Positions 8,651 through 17,161 of a stretch of 64,000 nucleotides of DNA are shown in pieces. The DNA comes from Burkholderiales bacterium. Its GTDB lineage: Bacteria > Pseudomonadota > Gammaproteobacteria > Burkholderiales > SG8-41. The stretch's first letter is position 1; every line of letters starts with the position of its first letter. Location: the NCBI GenBank assembly GCA_019634975.1, contig JAHCAI010000005.1, positions 177,719 through 241,718 on the forward strand, given 5' to 3'. The notes under the pieces were generated by a model. It searched no databases and was not told the DNA's origin. It worked only from the letters and a program-made list of their open reading frames with translations. Position numbers and translations under genes: made by a program.

Positions 8651-9973
8651 TTATCCCGATCGGCCGGCTTCCCCGCCGCCGGTCGCGGCACGGCTGGCGG
8701 CGCGCCCCCGCGCCGCATCGACGCCGGCAACGATGGCCATGCCGATCAGGAAATAGCTGCCGGTGATCAGGATCGCCAGGCGGTGGTCGCCGCCGGACGC
8801 CCAGGTCACCGCGCCGTAGGTCAGCGGGCCGAGGATCGATGACAGCTTCACCGCCAGCCCCCACAGCCCGAAGAATTCGGCCTGGCGTCCCGGCGGGCTG
8901 AGGTAGCCGACCAGCGCGCGCCCGGCCGACTGGCTGGAGCCGAGGCAGAGCCCGACCAGGTTCGCCGCCACCCAGAACAGCGCGGCCCCCTCGGCCATCC
9001 AGGCCAGCAGCACGGTGAGCACCCAGCCCGCGAGGGTAAGCATGATCGTCGGCACATGGCCGAGGCGGTCCTGCACATGGCCGAAAGCGAAAGCGCCGAT
9101 CGCCGCGGTGACATTGACCACGAGAATCAGCAGCAGCGTGTCGCGGGTGCTGAAGCCCATCGCCTGCTGCGCATAGATCGCGGCCAGCGCAATCACCGTC
9201 TGGATGCCCGCCTGGTAGAACACCAGGCATACCAGGAAGCGGCGCAGATCGCGGTAGCGCCGCGCGGTGCGCAGGGTCTCGCCGAGGCGCGCGAAGGCCG
9301 CGCGCACCGCGGTGCCGGCATCGGCCTGGGGCCGGGCGCGTTCGCGCAGGAACAGGAAAGTCGGCAGGCTGGCAAGCGCGAATATCGCCGCAGTGATCAG
9401 CATGGTCACCGGCACGAATTCCGCGGCGCCCGCGCCCTGCCCCTGGGCATGGGTCACGTAGGCGAGGCAGATGCCCAGCGCCACCAGGCCGCCGAAATAG
9501 CCCAGGCTCCAGCCCCAGCCGGACACGCGCCCCAGCGCCTCGCCCTCGGCGATCTCCGGCAGGAAGGCGGCAATCAGGTTTTCGCCGGAGCCGAAGAAAA
9601 AATTGGACAGCACGATCAGCACGATGCCGGCAGCGACATCACCGCGGCCGATGCAGGCCAGTGCCGCAGTGAAGGTGATGCAGCCCAGCGTCGTCGCCGC
9701 CAGCAGGCGCTTCTTCGCGGCACGCGCGTCGGCCCAGGCGCCGATCAGCGGCGCGCTGACCATGATCAGCGCATAGGACAGCGCCAGTGCCGCGGTCCAG
9801 GCGAACGTGGCCCAGGGCGCGTTGCCGGCGACCTCCGCAACGAAATAGGCACTGAACACCGCAGTGATGACCACCGTGGTATAGCCGGAATTGGCGAAGT
9901 CATACATCGCCCAGGACCAGACCTCGCGCGGGCGCACGCCGGGGGCGAGGCTGCTGCGGGCAGCTTCAGTCAC
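8651..9973 (-). CDS. MFS transporter, UMF1 (Atg22-like) family
   Basis: ORF 8651-10090. The family-typical N-terminus EVWSWAMYDFANSGYTTVV is followed by ~12 TM helices. The probable start is GTG 9973, overlapping the upstream small ORF stop (GTGACTGA). Confidence 0.8.
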   Translation of the reverse strand: MTEAARSSLAPGVRPREVWSWAMYDFANSGYTTVVITAVFSAYFVAEVAGNAPWATFAWTAALALSYALIMVSAPLIGAWADARAAKKRLLAATTLGCITFTAALACIGRGDVAAGIVLIVLSNFFFGSGENLIAAFLPEIAEGEALGRVSGWGWSLGYFGGLVALGICLAYVTHAQGQGAGAAEFVPVTMLITAAIFALASLPTFLFLRERARPQADAGTAVRAAFARLGETLRTARRYRDLRRFLVCLVFYQAGIQTVIALAAIYAQQAMGFSTRDTLLLILVVNVTAAIGAFAFGHVQDRLGHVPTIMLTLAGWVLTVLLAWMAEGAALFWVAANLVGLCLGSSQSAGRALVGYLSPPGRQAEFFGLWGLAVKLSSILGPLTYGAVTWASGGDHRLAILITGSYFLIGMAIVAGVDAARGRAASRAATGGGEAGRSG

Positions 9974-10148
9974 GACGGGATATGCGGCGCGGCGGCATGG
10001 TGGCTTCGATGGTAACAGCGCCGCGGGCCGGCCCGGCCTCGGCGAAGGTCTGGCGCAAACGCGCGCACAGCGTGCGGCCCAGCCGCGCACCCGCCCACAG
10101 CGCGACGATGCCGAAGTAAACCAGCAGCAGGACCAGCAGGATGCTCAT
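9966..10148 (-). CDS. Small (60-aa) single-pass membrane protein, translationally coupled to the MFS gene
   Basis: ATG 10148 is preceded by a strong SD (ggaaAGGAGGtgtcag). MSILLVLLLVYFGIVALWAGARLG forms one TM helix followed by a basic tail. Its stop overlaps the MFS GTG start. Confidence 0.5.
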   Translation of the reverse strand: MSILLVLLLVYFGIVALWAGARLGRTLCARLRQTFAEAGPARGAVTIEATMPPRRISRRD

Positions 10149-10400
10149 CTGACACCTCCTTTCCATTCTCGGATGTTGCAGTAGCCAGGAATGCACAAGG
10201 CGTGCCTGCGGCGGCACCGACCGGCGCGGCAGGCCGCCCGACCGGCGGTTGCTGCGGCCGCGATGAACGTCGAAGTCCGGACAGCCGCGGCGAGTTCGCG
10301 GCAGCGAAAAAAGTCACAGCCCGTCGGCCGGCACAGCGTCTCCGCCGGGAGACAAAAAAATATTCAATAAAATCATATAGTTATTGAAATATTGCCGTCC

Positions 10401-10422
10401 CCTGTCGTCAGCTGACGACAGG
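10401..10422. promoter_or_regulatory. Perfect 22-bp palindrome, candidate enhancer/operator site
   Basis: cctgtcgtcagctgacgacagg lies 52 nt upstream of the sigma-54-like element, in an AT-rich intergenic region. No gene end is nearby that it could terminate. Confidence 0.35.
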
Positions 10423-10473
10423 ATGCGCCCGAAAATTCATTACAACCTGTTGTTTTTATTGATTTTTATGACC

Positions 10474-10489
10474 TGGCACGGAGCCTGCA
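10474..10489 (+). promoter_or_regulatory. Sigma-54 (-24/-12) type promoter
   Basis: TGGCACGgagcCTGCA compares with the consensus TGGCACG-N4-TTGCW. GG (10475-76) and GC (10487-88) have the canonical spacing. It lies ~38 nt upstream of ATG 10527. Confidence 0.5.
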
Positions 10490-10526
10490 TTTATCCCGCT
10501 GCAAGTTCAACAACCCGAGGAAGGAC

Positions 10527-10742
10527 ATGAACAAACGTCTGATCATTGCAGTGTTGGCTACCGGCGCGCTGGCGCTCGGTGGTTGTTCCACCACGCCGAC
10601 CAATGCCCAGGTGGGCGCAACCGCAGGCGCGGTGGTCGGTGGCGTGATGGGCTCTGCGCTGACCGGAAGCACCGCGGGCACCGTGATCGGCGCAGGCGCC
10701 GGCGCTGCCGTCGGTCACGAAATCGGCAAGCGGATCAAGTAG
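10527..10742 (+). CDS. Glycine-zipper (OsmB-like) small lipoprotein
   Basis: 71 aa. Signal peptide with lipobox LALGGC, then Gly/Ala/Val zipper repeats (GATAGAVVGGVMGSALTGSTAGTVIGAGAGAAVG). RBS gaggaagga. Confidence 0.75.
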   Translation: MNKRLIIAVLATGALALGGCSTTPTNAQVGATAGAVVGGVMGSALTGSTAGTVIGAGAGAAVGHEIGKRIK

Positions 10743-10827
10743 CCCGACAAGGCGGATTCCGCACAACTCCGACAACCCTGTTTCTGCAGTACTCCTCCGG
10801 CAGGGTAGCGAAAAGAACCCCTGTTTT

Positions 10828-10852
10828 CCCCGGCGCAAGCCGGGGTTTTTTT
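10828..10852 (+). terminator. Rho-independent terminator
   Basis: ccccggc-gcaa-gccgggg followed by T7. Confidence 0.75.
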
Positions 10853-10869
10853 GTACGCCTGCTCCCCGC

Positions 10870-12504
10870 TCAGGGCGCCGCCGCCAGTTTGACCCGGTCG
10901 CGGCCGCCCTGCTTCGCCTCGTACATCGCGTGGTCCGCGGCGCGCACCAGGTCCTCGGCTGTGGCGGTGCCGTCGCGGCTGCACACGACACCGACCGACA
11001 CCGTGATCGTGCCCAGCGCCTCGCCGCCGAAGGTCAGGCTCAAGGCCGAGATCTCGCGGCGCAACGCCTCCGCGCGCGCGAGCGCAATGTCCTCTCCGGC
11101 ATCGGGCAGCACGATCACGAATTCCTCGCCGCCGTGGCGGGCGACGATGTCGGAACCGCGCACCACCCGGCGGATCGCGTGCGCGACATTGCGCAGCACC
11201 AGATCGCCGGCCTCGTGCCCCCAGCGGTCGTTGAAGGCCTTGAAATAATCGATGTCGAACAGCAGCACCGACAGCGGTGCCCCCCGGCGCCGCGCACGCA
11301 TCAGCTCGGCGCCCAGGCGGTCCCAGAGATAACGGCGGTTGGGCAGTCCGGTCAGCTGGTCGGTGATCGCCTGCTCGTTAAGCTGCCGGATTGCCTGCTG
11401 CAGCTGCCCGTCGCGCGCCTGCAGTTCCGCGGCCATCGCATCGATGGCCGATCCCAGCAGCGCCAGCTCTTCGCGCCCGTCGCCGAATCCGGCGCGCGCG
11501 CTGTAGTCGCCGGCGCGGATGCGCCCCGCCACATCCAGCAATGCGCGGACACGCCTCAGCACGAAAACTTCCGAGGCATACCAGGCCACGAGCAGCACCA
11601 GCAGCGCCACGCCGATGACACCGGACGCCGTGCGCAGCAAGGCACCGTTGGCATCGGACAACACCACGTCCACCGGTTTGCTGACAACGACCCGGATAGG
11701 CGAAATGCCGTCGGGATTGAGGCCGACATGCTCGACTGCATAAAAACGCTGCACACCGCCGCTGTCGGTCGCCGTGAACACCCCTTTTTGGTGCCGCTTC
11801 AGGACTTTCAGCAAAAAGGGGTTGGGTCCCTCTTTGCCCAGCATGTATTTCTCGCTGGGCGGGTAGCGCGCCAACACCAGGCCACCACTGTCATAAATCG
11901 TGGTCACCAGCCCTTCCCCGGGCCGCCCAGGATGGTCAAGGTGCGATTCCCCCTGCTCGATGAATTTCTCGAGATTGAGCCCGGCAAACAGCACTGCTCG
12001 GACGCGGCCTTCGGCATCGAACACCGGTAAGCCGAAATTGATGCCGGACCGGCCCGACGTACGGCCGACCTGGAACTCTCCGACAACGAACTGCCCGCTC
12101 TCCAGCGCCAGCCGGAAGTAGGGACGGTCGCCGACATTGACTATTACCGTATCCGGCAATGCCGAATTGCAGTACAGCTCGCCATCGGGAAGGATCACGC
12201 CGAGCGAGCGGAAAACACCTTCGGCCTCGAGGGCCATTCTGCGGAAGTAATCCCTGCAAGAACTGCGGTCGCGCAGCAACTCGTCGCTGTTGGCGGCAAT
12301 CGCCTGCAGCAACTGGCGCGCATGAAACAGCAGCTGTTCGGGACGTTTGGCGGTCAGTTCCGCGACGAGACTCAGTTTTTCACGCTCGGCTTCCTCCGCC
12401 GCCGCGCGTTCACGCAAGCCGTTATAAAGTGTCAGCGCCAGAATCGGCAGTATCGCCGCCAATACCAGCAGTACGATGCGTACGCGCGCGCCGAGATTAT
12501 TCAA
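10870..12504 (-). CDS. Sensor diguanylate cyclase (periplasmic sensor - HAMP - GGDEF)
   Basis: 544 aa. N-terminal TM helix, ~270-aa periplasmic-type region, second TM helix, HAMP-like linker, then a GGDEF domain with RHGGEEF and DIDYFKAFNDRWGH. Confidence 0.85.
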   Translation of the reverse strand: MNNLGARVRIVLLVLAAILPILALTLYNGLRERAAAEEAEREKLSLVAELTAKRPEQLLFHARQLLQAIAANSDELLRDRSSCRDYFRRMALEAEGVFRSLGVILPDGELYCNSALPDTVIVNVGDRPYFRLALESGQFVVGEFQVGRTSGRSGINFGLPVFDAEGRVRAVLFAGLNLEKFIEQGESHLDHPGRPGEGLVTTIYDSGGLVLARYPPSEKYMLGKEGPNPFLLKVLKRHQKGVFTATDSGGVQRFYAVEHVGLNPDGISPIRVVVSKPVDVVLSDANGALLRTASGVIGVALLVLLVAWYASEVFVLRRVRALLDVAGRIRAGDYSARAGFGDGREELALLGSAIDAMAAELQARDGQLQQAIRQLNEQAITDQLTGLPNRRYLWDRLGAELMRARRRGAPLSVLLFDIDYFKAFNDRWGHEAGDLVLRNVAHAIRRVVRGSDIVARHGGEEFVIVLPDAGEDIALARAEALRREISALSLTFGGEALGTITVSVGVVCSRDGTATAEDLVRAADHAMYEAKQGGRDRVKLAAAP

Positions 12505-12632
12505 GGTGATAGTGATGCGCCATGAAGGGGCATCTGAATTCTATGCCGGAGAAATATGGCCCGGATACGGGAAATGAGCCGACGGCTTGACATGAATCAA
12601 TGACAGGCCATATCCCCGCGATCAACCGGCCT

Positions 12633-14048
12633 TCAGCGCGGATCCAGCGGCGTCAGGCGGGCCAGCCCGAGCAGGCTCTCCAGCCATGCCCCCTGTGCAA
12701 ACAGCGCCGCCTCCCCGCGCTGCGCACCGACCACCTGGAGCCCGAGCGGCAGGCCGCCGGCGGTGAATCCGCCGGGCAGCGCCAGCACCGGGCAGGCGGT
12801 CATCGTCACCGCGCAGGTCAGCGCCAGCCAGCCCATGTAACCGTCGAAGGCGACACCGTCCCAGCGCTCGGGATAACGCAGTTCCACCGGGAAGGGCGGG
12901 CACAGCGTCGCCGGGCAGATCAGCAGGTCGTATTTTTCGAAAAACGCCGCGGCGCGGCGGATGATTTCGCCCTGCGCAATCTCGGCGGCGACCACGTCTT
13001 CCAGCTTCAGGCCGAGGCCAAAGTCGGTGTTTTCGATGACCTCCGGTTTCAGCAAGTGGCGGTTCTGCGCCAGCAACGGCGCAATGCGCGCGATGTAAAC
13101 CGCGCCGCGCAAAGTCAGGAAATGGCGGGTCGCGTCGCGCAGATCGGGACAGGCTTCCTCGACGATGATGCCCTCGCCCGCAAGCCGGCCGGCAAGCGCT
13201 TCGATCATTGCACGCACTTCGCGGTCAACGACCGGCGCGACACCGCAGAGGTCGGCGCTGACGGCAACGCGCAGCGGTCTGCGCGGCTGCGCCGCGCACT
13301 GCGCAAACGAAGGCAGCGGAGCGCGCGGCGACAGCGGATCGCGGGCATCGAAACCGGCTTCGGCGTCAAACATCAGCGCGACGTCGGCCACCGTGCGCGC
13401 CATCGGCCCCTCCACCGACAGCGGATTGAAAGGCTGCTTCTGCAATCGCGCCACCATGCCGGGGCTGGGCCGCAGGCCGCTGACCGAACAGAAGGCCGCC
13501 GGCGTGCGGATGCTGCCGCCGAAATCGTTGCCCGTCGCCAGCCACACCTGCCCCGCGGCGAGCGCAGCCGCACTGCCTCCGGATGAACCGCTGGCGCTCA
13601 TCCGCGTATCCCAGGGATTGCGCGTGGCGCCGAAGACGTCGTTGAAGGTGTTGCCGCCGGCGGCGAACTCCGGCAGGTTGGTCTTGCCGATGACGATCGC
13701 GCCATGGGCCTCCAGCCGCTTCACCACCGGGTCGGAACCGGGCGCGATGCGGTTTTCGAAAACCCTCGATCCCGAAGTGCAGCGCACGCCCTCGACGTCG
13801 GTGTTGTCCTTCACCGCGATCGGCAGGCCGTGCAGGAAGTTCGCCGCGCGATCCGCGCGCGGTTCGTTCATCAGCCGCCGCGCGTGTTCGCGTGCACGCT
13901 CGACACACAGCGTCACCATTGCATTGATCCGCGGATTGGTGTCGGCGATGCGCCGTTCCGCGGCGTCGATCAGCTCAAGCGGCGACACCTCGCCGCTGCG
14001 CAGGCGCGCGACGGCTTCGGTCGCAGTCCATTTTATGAATTCGTGCAT
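12633..14048 (-). CDS. Amidase-signature family amidase
   Basis: 471 aa. Has the AS signature GGSSGGSAAALAAG and KDN..V.G...T.GS. Confidence 0.9.
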   Translation of the reverse strand: MHEFIKWTATEAVARLRSGEVSPLELIDAAERRIADTNPRINAMVTLCVERAREHARRLMNEPRADRAANFLHGLPIAVKDNTDVEGVRCTSGSRVFENRIAPGSDPVVKRLEAHGAIVIGKTNLPEFAAGGNTFNDVFGATRNPWDTRMSASGSSGGSAAALAAGQVWLATGNDFGGSIRTPAAFCSVSGLRPSPGMVARLQKQPFNPLSVEGPMARTVADVALMFDAEAGFDARDPLSPRAPLPSFAQCAAQPRRPLRVAVSADLCGVAPVVDREVRAMIEALAGRLAGEGIIVEEACPDLRDATRHFLTLRGAVYIARIAPLLAQNRHLLKPEVIENTDFGLGLKLEDVVAAEIAQGEIIRRAAAFFEKYDLLICPATLCPPFPVELRYPERWDGVAFDGYMGWLALTCAVTMTACPVLALPGGFTAGGLPLGLQVVGAQRGEAALFAQGAWLESLLGLARLTPLDPR

Positions 14049-14182
14049 GGGCCCTCCTCCGCGTCGCAGTATAACGGCGGCGACAGGACGCGGCCGCGAG
14101 GCAAAAGCCGGGGCAAACGGGGGTCGTCCATGTTAGGCTTTCGCCCTCCGCAAAACCCCGATCCACACTCCAGGAACTCCAG

Positions 14183-15880
14183 ATGACGGCCAAATCCGCC
14201 ACTCGCCCGCTGATGCAGACCGGCGCGCAAATCCTCGTCGATTCGCTGATCACCCACGGCGCGAAGCTCGCCTTCGGCGTGCCCGGCGAGTCCTATCTCG
14301 CGGTGCTCGACGCGATCCATGAACGCGAGGACGAGTTCAAGTTCATCATCTGCCGCCAGGAAGGCGGCGTCACCAACATGGCCGACGCCTACGGCAAACT
14401 GACCGGCCAGCCCGGCATCGCCTTCGTCACCCGCGGCCCCGGCGCCACCAATGCCTCGATCGGCGTGCACACCGCCTTCCAGGATTCGACGCCGATGATC
14501 CTGTTCATCGGCCAGGTCGGCAACGACGTCGTCGAGCGCGAAGCCTTCCAGGAGATCGATTTCCGCCGCATGTTCGGCCCGATGACCAAGTGGGTCGCGC
14601 AGATCGACCGCGCCGACCGCGTCGCCGAGTACATCAGCCACGCCTTCCACGTCGCGACTGCAGGCCGCCCCGGCCCGGTGGTGCTGGCGCTGCCGGAAGA
14701 CATGCAGACCGAGATGGCACCGGCATCGAAGGCGGGCCGCTACCAGCGGGTCGCCGCCAACCCCGGTGAATTCGACATGCACCGGCTGCGCGACCTGCTG
14801 GGCAAAGCGAAAAAACCGCTGATGATGGTCGGCGGCGGCGGCTGGAACAAGCAGGCCAGCGAAGACATCCTCGCCTTTGCCCGCGCCTTCAAGCTGCCGG
14901 TCTGCGCCTCCTTCCGCTGCCAGGACCTCATCGACAACCGCGACCCGCATTATGTCGGCGATGTCGCCGTCGGCCTCAACCCGAAACTGGCCGAACGCAT
15001 CAAGGCCTGCGACCTGCTGCTGGTGGTCGGCGCGCGGCTCGGGGAATGGACCACCGCCAACTACACACTCGTCGACATCCCGAAACCGGCGCAGAAGCTG
15101 GTGCATGTGCATGCCGGCGCCGAGGAACTGGGCCGGGTTTACCAGGGGGAGTTGCTGATCAACAGCGGCATGCCGGAGTTCGCGGCTGCGGCGAAAAAGC
15201 TCGCGCCGGTGAAACCCGCCTGGGAAGCCTGGACCAGGGAAGCCCGCGCCGACCTCGAAGCCTGGCAGCAGCCGGTGAAGGTGCCGGGCAAGATGAACAT
15301 GAGCGAAGTCATGGCGCACCTCCGCAAGCGCCTGCCGGCGGAAACCATCGTCACCAACGGCGCCGGCAACTTCGCGATCTGGGTGCACCGCTTCTATCCC
15401 TACCCCGGCTTCCGCACCCAGTTGGCGCCGACCAGCGGCGCGATGGGTTACGGCGTGCCCTCCGGCGTCGCCGCGAAGATCGTGCATCCGGAACGGCCGG
15501 TGGTGTCCTTCTCCGGCGACGGCTGTTTCCTGATGAACGGCCAGGAACTCGCCACTGCCGCGCAGTACGACGCGAAGGTCATTTTCATCGTCGTCAACAA
15601 TGGCATGTACGGCACCATCCGCATGCACCAGGAAAAGAATTACCCGGGCAATGTCAGCGGCACCCAGCTGAAGAATCCGGATTTCGCCGCGCTCGCCCGC
15701 GCCTACGGCCTGCACGGCGAGACGGTCGAGAAAACCGAGGACTTCGCAGCCGCCTTCGAACGCGCCTGGTCGGCGAAGACCGCCGCGCTGATCGAATGCC
15801 GCGTCGACCCGGAAGCGATCACGCCGCGGACGACCCTGTCAGCGATCCGCGAAGAGGCTAAGAAAAGCAAAAAGGGCTGA
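14183..15880 (+). CDS. Thiamine-diphosphate enzyme, acetolactate-synthase-like large subunit family
   Basis: 565 aa. N-terminal Pyr domain (GVPGESYLAVLDA), ThDP-binding GDGCFLMNGQELATA...NNGMYGTI motif. Confidence 0.9.
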   Translation: MTAKSATRPLMQTGAQILVDSLITHGAKLAFGVPGESYLAVLDAIHEREDEFKFIICRQEGGVTNMADAYGKLTGQPGIAFVTRGPGATNASIGVHTAFQDSTPMILFIGQVGNDVVEREAFQEIDFRRMFGPMTKWVAQIDRADRVAEYISHAFHVATAGRPGPVVLALPEDMQTEMAPASKAGRYQRVAANPGEFDMHRLRDLLGKAKKPLMMVGGGGWNKQASEDILAFARAFKLPVCASFRCQDLIDNRDPHYVGDVAVGLNPKLAERIKACDLLLVVGARLGEWTTANYTLVDIPKPAQKLVHVHAGAEELGRVYQGELLINSGMPEFAAAAKKLAPVKPAWEAWTREARADLEAWQQPVKVPGKMNMSEVMAHLRKRLPAETIVTNGAGNFAIWVHRFYPYPGFRTQLAPTSGAMGYGVPSGVAAKIVHPERPVVSFSGDGCFLMNGQELATAAQYDAKVIFIVVNNGMYGTIRMHQEKNYPGNVSGTQLKNPDFAALARAYGLHGETVEKTEDFAAAFERAWSAKTAALIECRVDPEAITPRTTLSAIREEAKKSKKG

Positions 15881-15910
15881 ACAGCGATAAAGCTGAAATC
15901 AAAAGCCAGC

Positions 15911-15977
15911 CACAGAGGACACAGAAATCACAGAGAAAAACCCGTGGATGAGCTGACTGAAAAAGTCATCGGTGCAG
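15911..15977 (+). repeat. Gene stub / repeat: CACAGAGGACACAGAAATCACAGAGAAAAA + (V)DELTEKVIGA
   Basis: Paralogous to 16137-16220. The short reading frame resembles the N-terminus of GxxExxY-type small proteins (recollection) and is cut off by the REP pair at 15983. Confidence 0.4.
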
Positions 15978-15982
15978 AGCCC

Positions 15983-16075
15983 GTAGCCCGGATGGAGGCC
16001 GCAGGCCGGAGTCCGGGGAGGCGGTGGCTAATTGCGACGACTACCCCGGATTCCACTTCGTTGCATCCGGGCTAC
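15983..16075. repeat. Inverted pair of REP-like units (same family as 5456-5615)
   Basis: gtagcccggatggaggccgcaggccggagtccgggg (15983-16018) faces ccccggattccacttcgttgcatccgggctac (16044-16075). Confidence 0.6.
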
Positions 16076-16136
16076 AGCCCCGTGATGCGCTTACCTTGAC
16101 GGTAGATGGGGATTACATTTTGTCAGGCGGTCTGAG

Positions 16137-16220
16137 TCACAGAGGGCACAGAGAACATAGAAAAAAAGCGTCATGAATAAGCTCGTTGAAAAGGTCATTG
16201 GCGCGGCATTGTCGATATAA
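16137..16220 (+). repeat. Second gene stub / repeat: TCACAGAGGGCACAGAGAACATAGAAAAAAA + MNKLVEKVIGAALSI*
   Basis: Shares the CACAGAGG(A/G)CACAGA...AAAAA...GAAAA(A/G)GTCAT(C/T)GG core with 15911-15977. It is a 15-codon truncated frame. Confidence 0.4.
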
Positions 16221-16249
16221 CATAACCATTTGATTTTATTTATAAATTC

Positions 16250-17161
16250 ATGAACCCTTCGACTGACATCATCGGCTTTGCCGGCATCGGCGCCATGGGC
16301 ACTCCCATGGCCGGCAACCTGGTCCGCGCGGGTTACAAACTCGTCGTGTTCGACCTCGATGCCGCGCGCACGGCAGCCTTCGCGCGCGAACATCCGGCAG
16401 CCACTGTCGCCGGGAGCCTTGCCGACCTCGGCGCGCAGTCGAACATCGTCATCACGATGCTGCCCGACGGCAAGGCGGTGCGCACTGCGCTGTGCGGCGC
16501 AAACGATTCGTTCAGGGACTGCATCCTCGAACGCGCGGCGAAGGACACGCTGGTGATCGACATGAGTTCGTCCTCGCCGGTAGGCACGCGCGAGCTCGGC
16601 AAGCTGCTCGCCGCGCGCGGCACGCCCTTCATCGACGCGCCGGTCTCGGGCGGTGTCAAGGGCGCGGTCGCGGCGACGCTGGCGATCATGGCCGGGGGTG
16701 ACGCCGCGATTTTCGAGCGCGTGAAGCCGATGCTGGCGAAAATGGGCAGCCAGCTGTTCCACTGCGGCCCGCTGGGTGCCGGCCACGCAATCAAGGCGCT
16801 GAACAACTACGTGTCAGCAGCGGGACTGGTCGCCGCCTGCGAGGCGCTGATCGCCGCCGAACGTTTCGGCCTCGATCCCGCGGTGGCCACCGACATCATC
16901 AACGCCTCCAGCGGCATGAACAACACGACCAAAAACAAGGTCAAGCAGCAGATGCTCAACGGCGCCTTCGGCGCCGGCTTCGCCACCAGCCTGATGGCCA
17001 AGGACGTGCGCACCGCGCTGGAAGTGGTCGAGTCCACCGGCACCACGCCCGACCTCGCCCGCCACTGCGCGGCCTTCTGGAGCGCCGCCGAGCGTGAACT
17101 CCCGGCAGGCACTGACCACACCGGCGTCTACAAACTGATCAAGGACAAGAAGTCAGCGTGA
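16250..17161 (+). CDS. NAD(P)-dependent 3-hydroxyisobutyrate dehydrogenase-family oxidoreductase
   Basis: 303 aa. Rossmann motif GFAGIGAMGTPMAGNL and the family motif DAPVSGG..GA..ATLAIMAGG. Confidence 0.9.
   Translation: MNPSTDIIGFAGIGAMGTPMAGNLVRAGYKLVVFDLDAARTAAFAREHPAATVAGSLADLGAQSNIVITMLPDGKAVRTALCGANDSFRDCILERAAKDTLVIDMSSSSPVGTRELGKLLAARGTPFIDAPVSGGVKGAVAATLAIMAGGDAAIFERVKPMLAKMGSQLFHCGPLGAGHAIKALNNYVSAAGLVAACEALIAAERFGLDPAVATDIINASSGMNNTTKNKVKQQMLNGAFGAGFATSLMAKDVRTALEVVESTGTTPDLARHCAAFWSAAERELPAGTDHTGVYKLIKDKKSA

Noticed and set aside
6881-8842. 653-aa plus-strand ORF, the longest in this area
   Set aside because: It is antisense to the 517-aa gene 7019-8572 and overlaps two other genes. 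Its Arg/Ala/Gly/Pro-rich, low-complexity translation is typical of the mirror frame of high-GC genes, and it has no family features.
14033-15715. 560-aa minus-strand ORF
   Set aside because: It is antisense to the well-supported ThDP enzyme gene (14183-15880). The composition is GC-artefact-like, with no motifs.
16095-16124. TTGACG ... TACATT as promoter for the dehydrogenase gene at 16250
   Set aside because: The hexamers are only 12 nt apart, which is incompatible with sigma-70 spacing.
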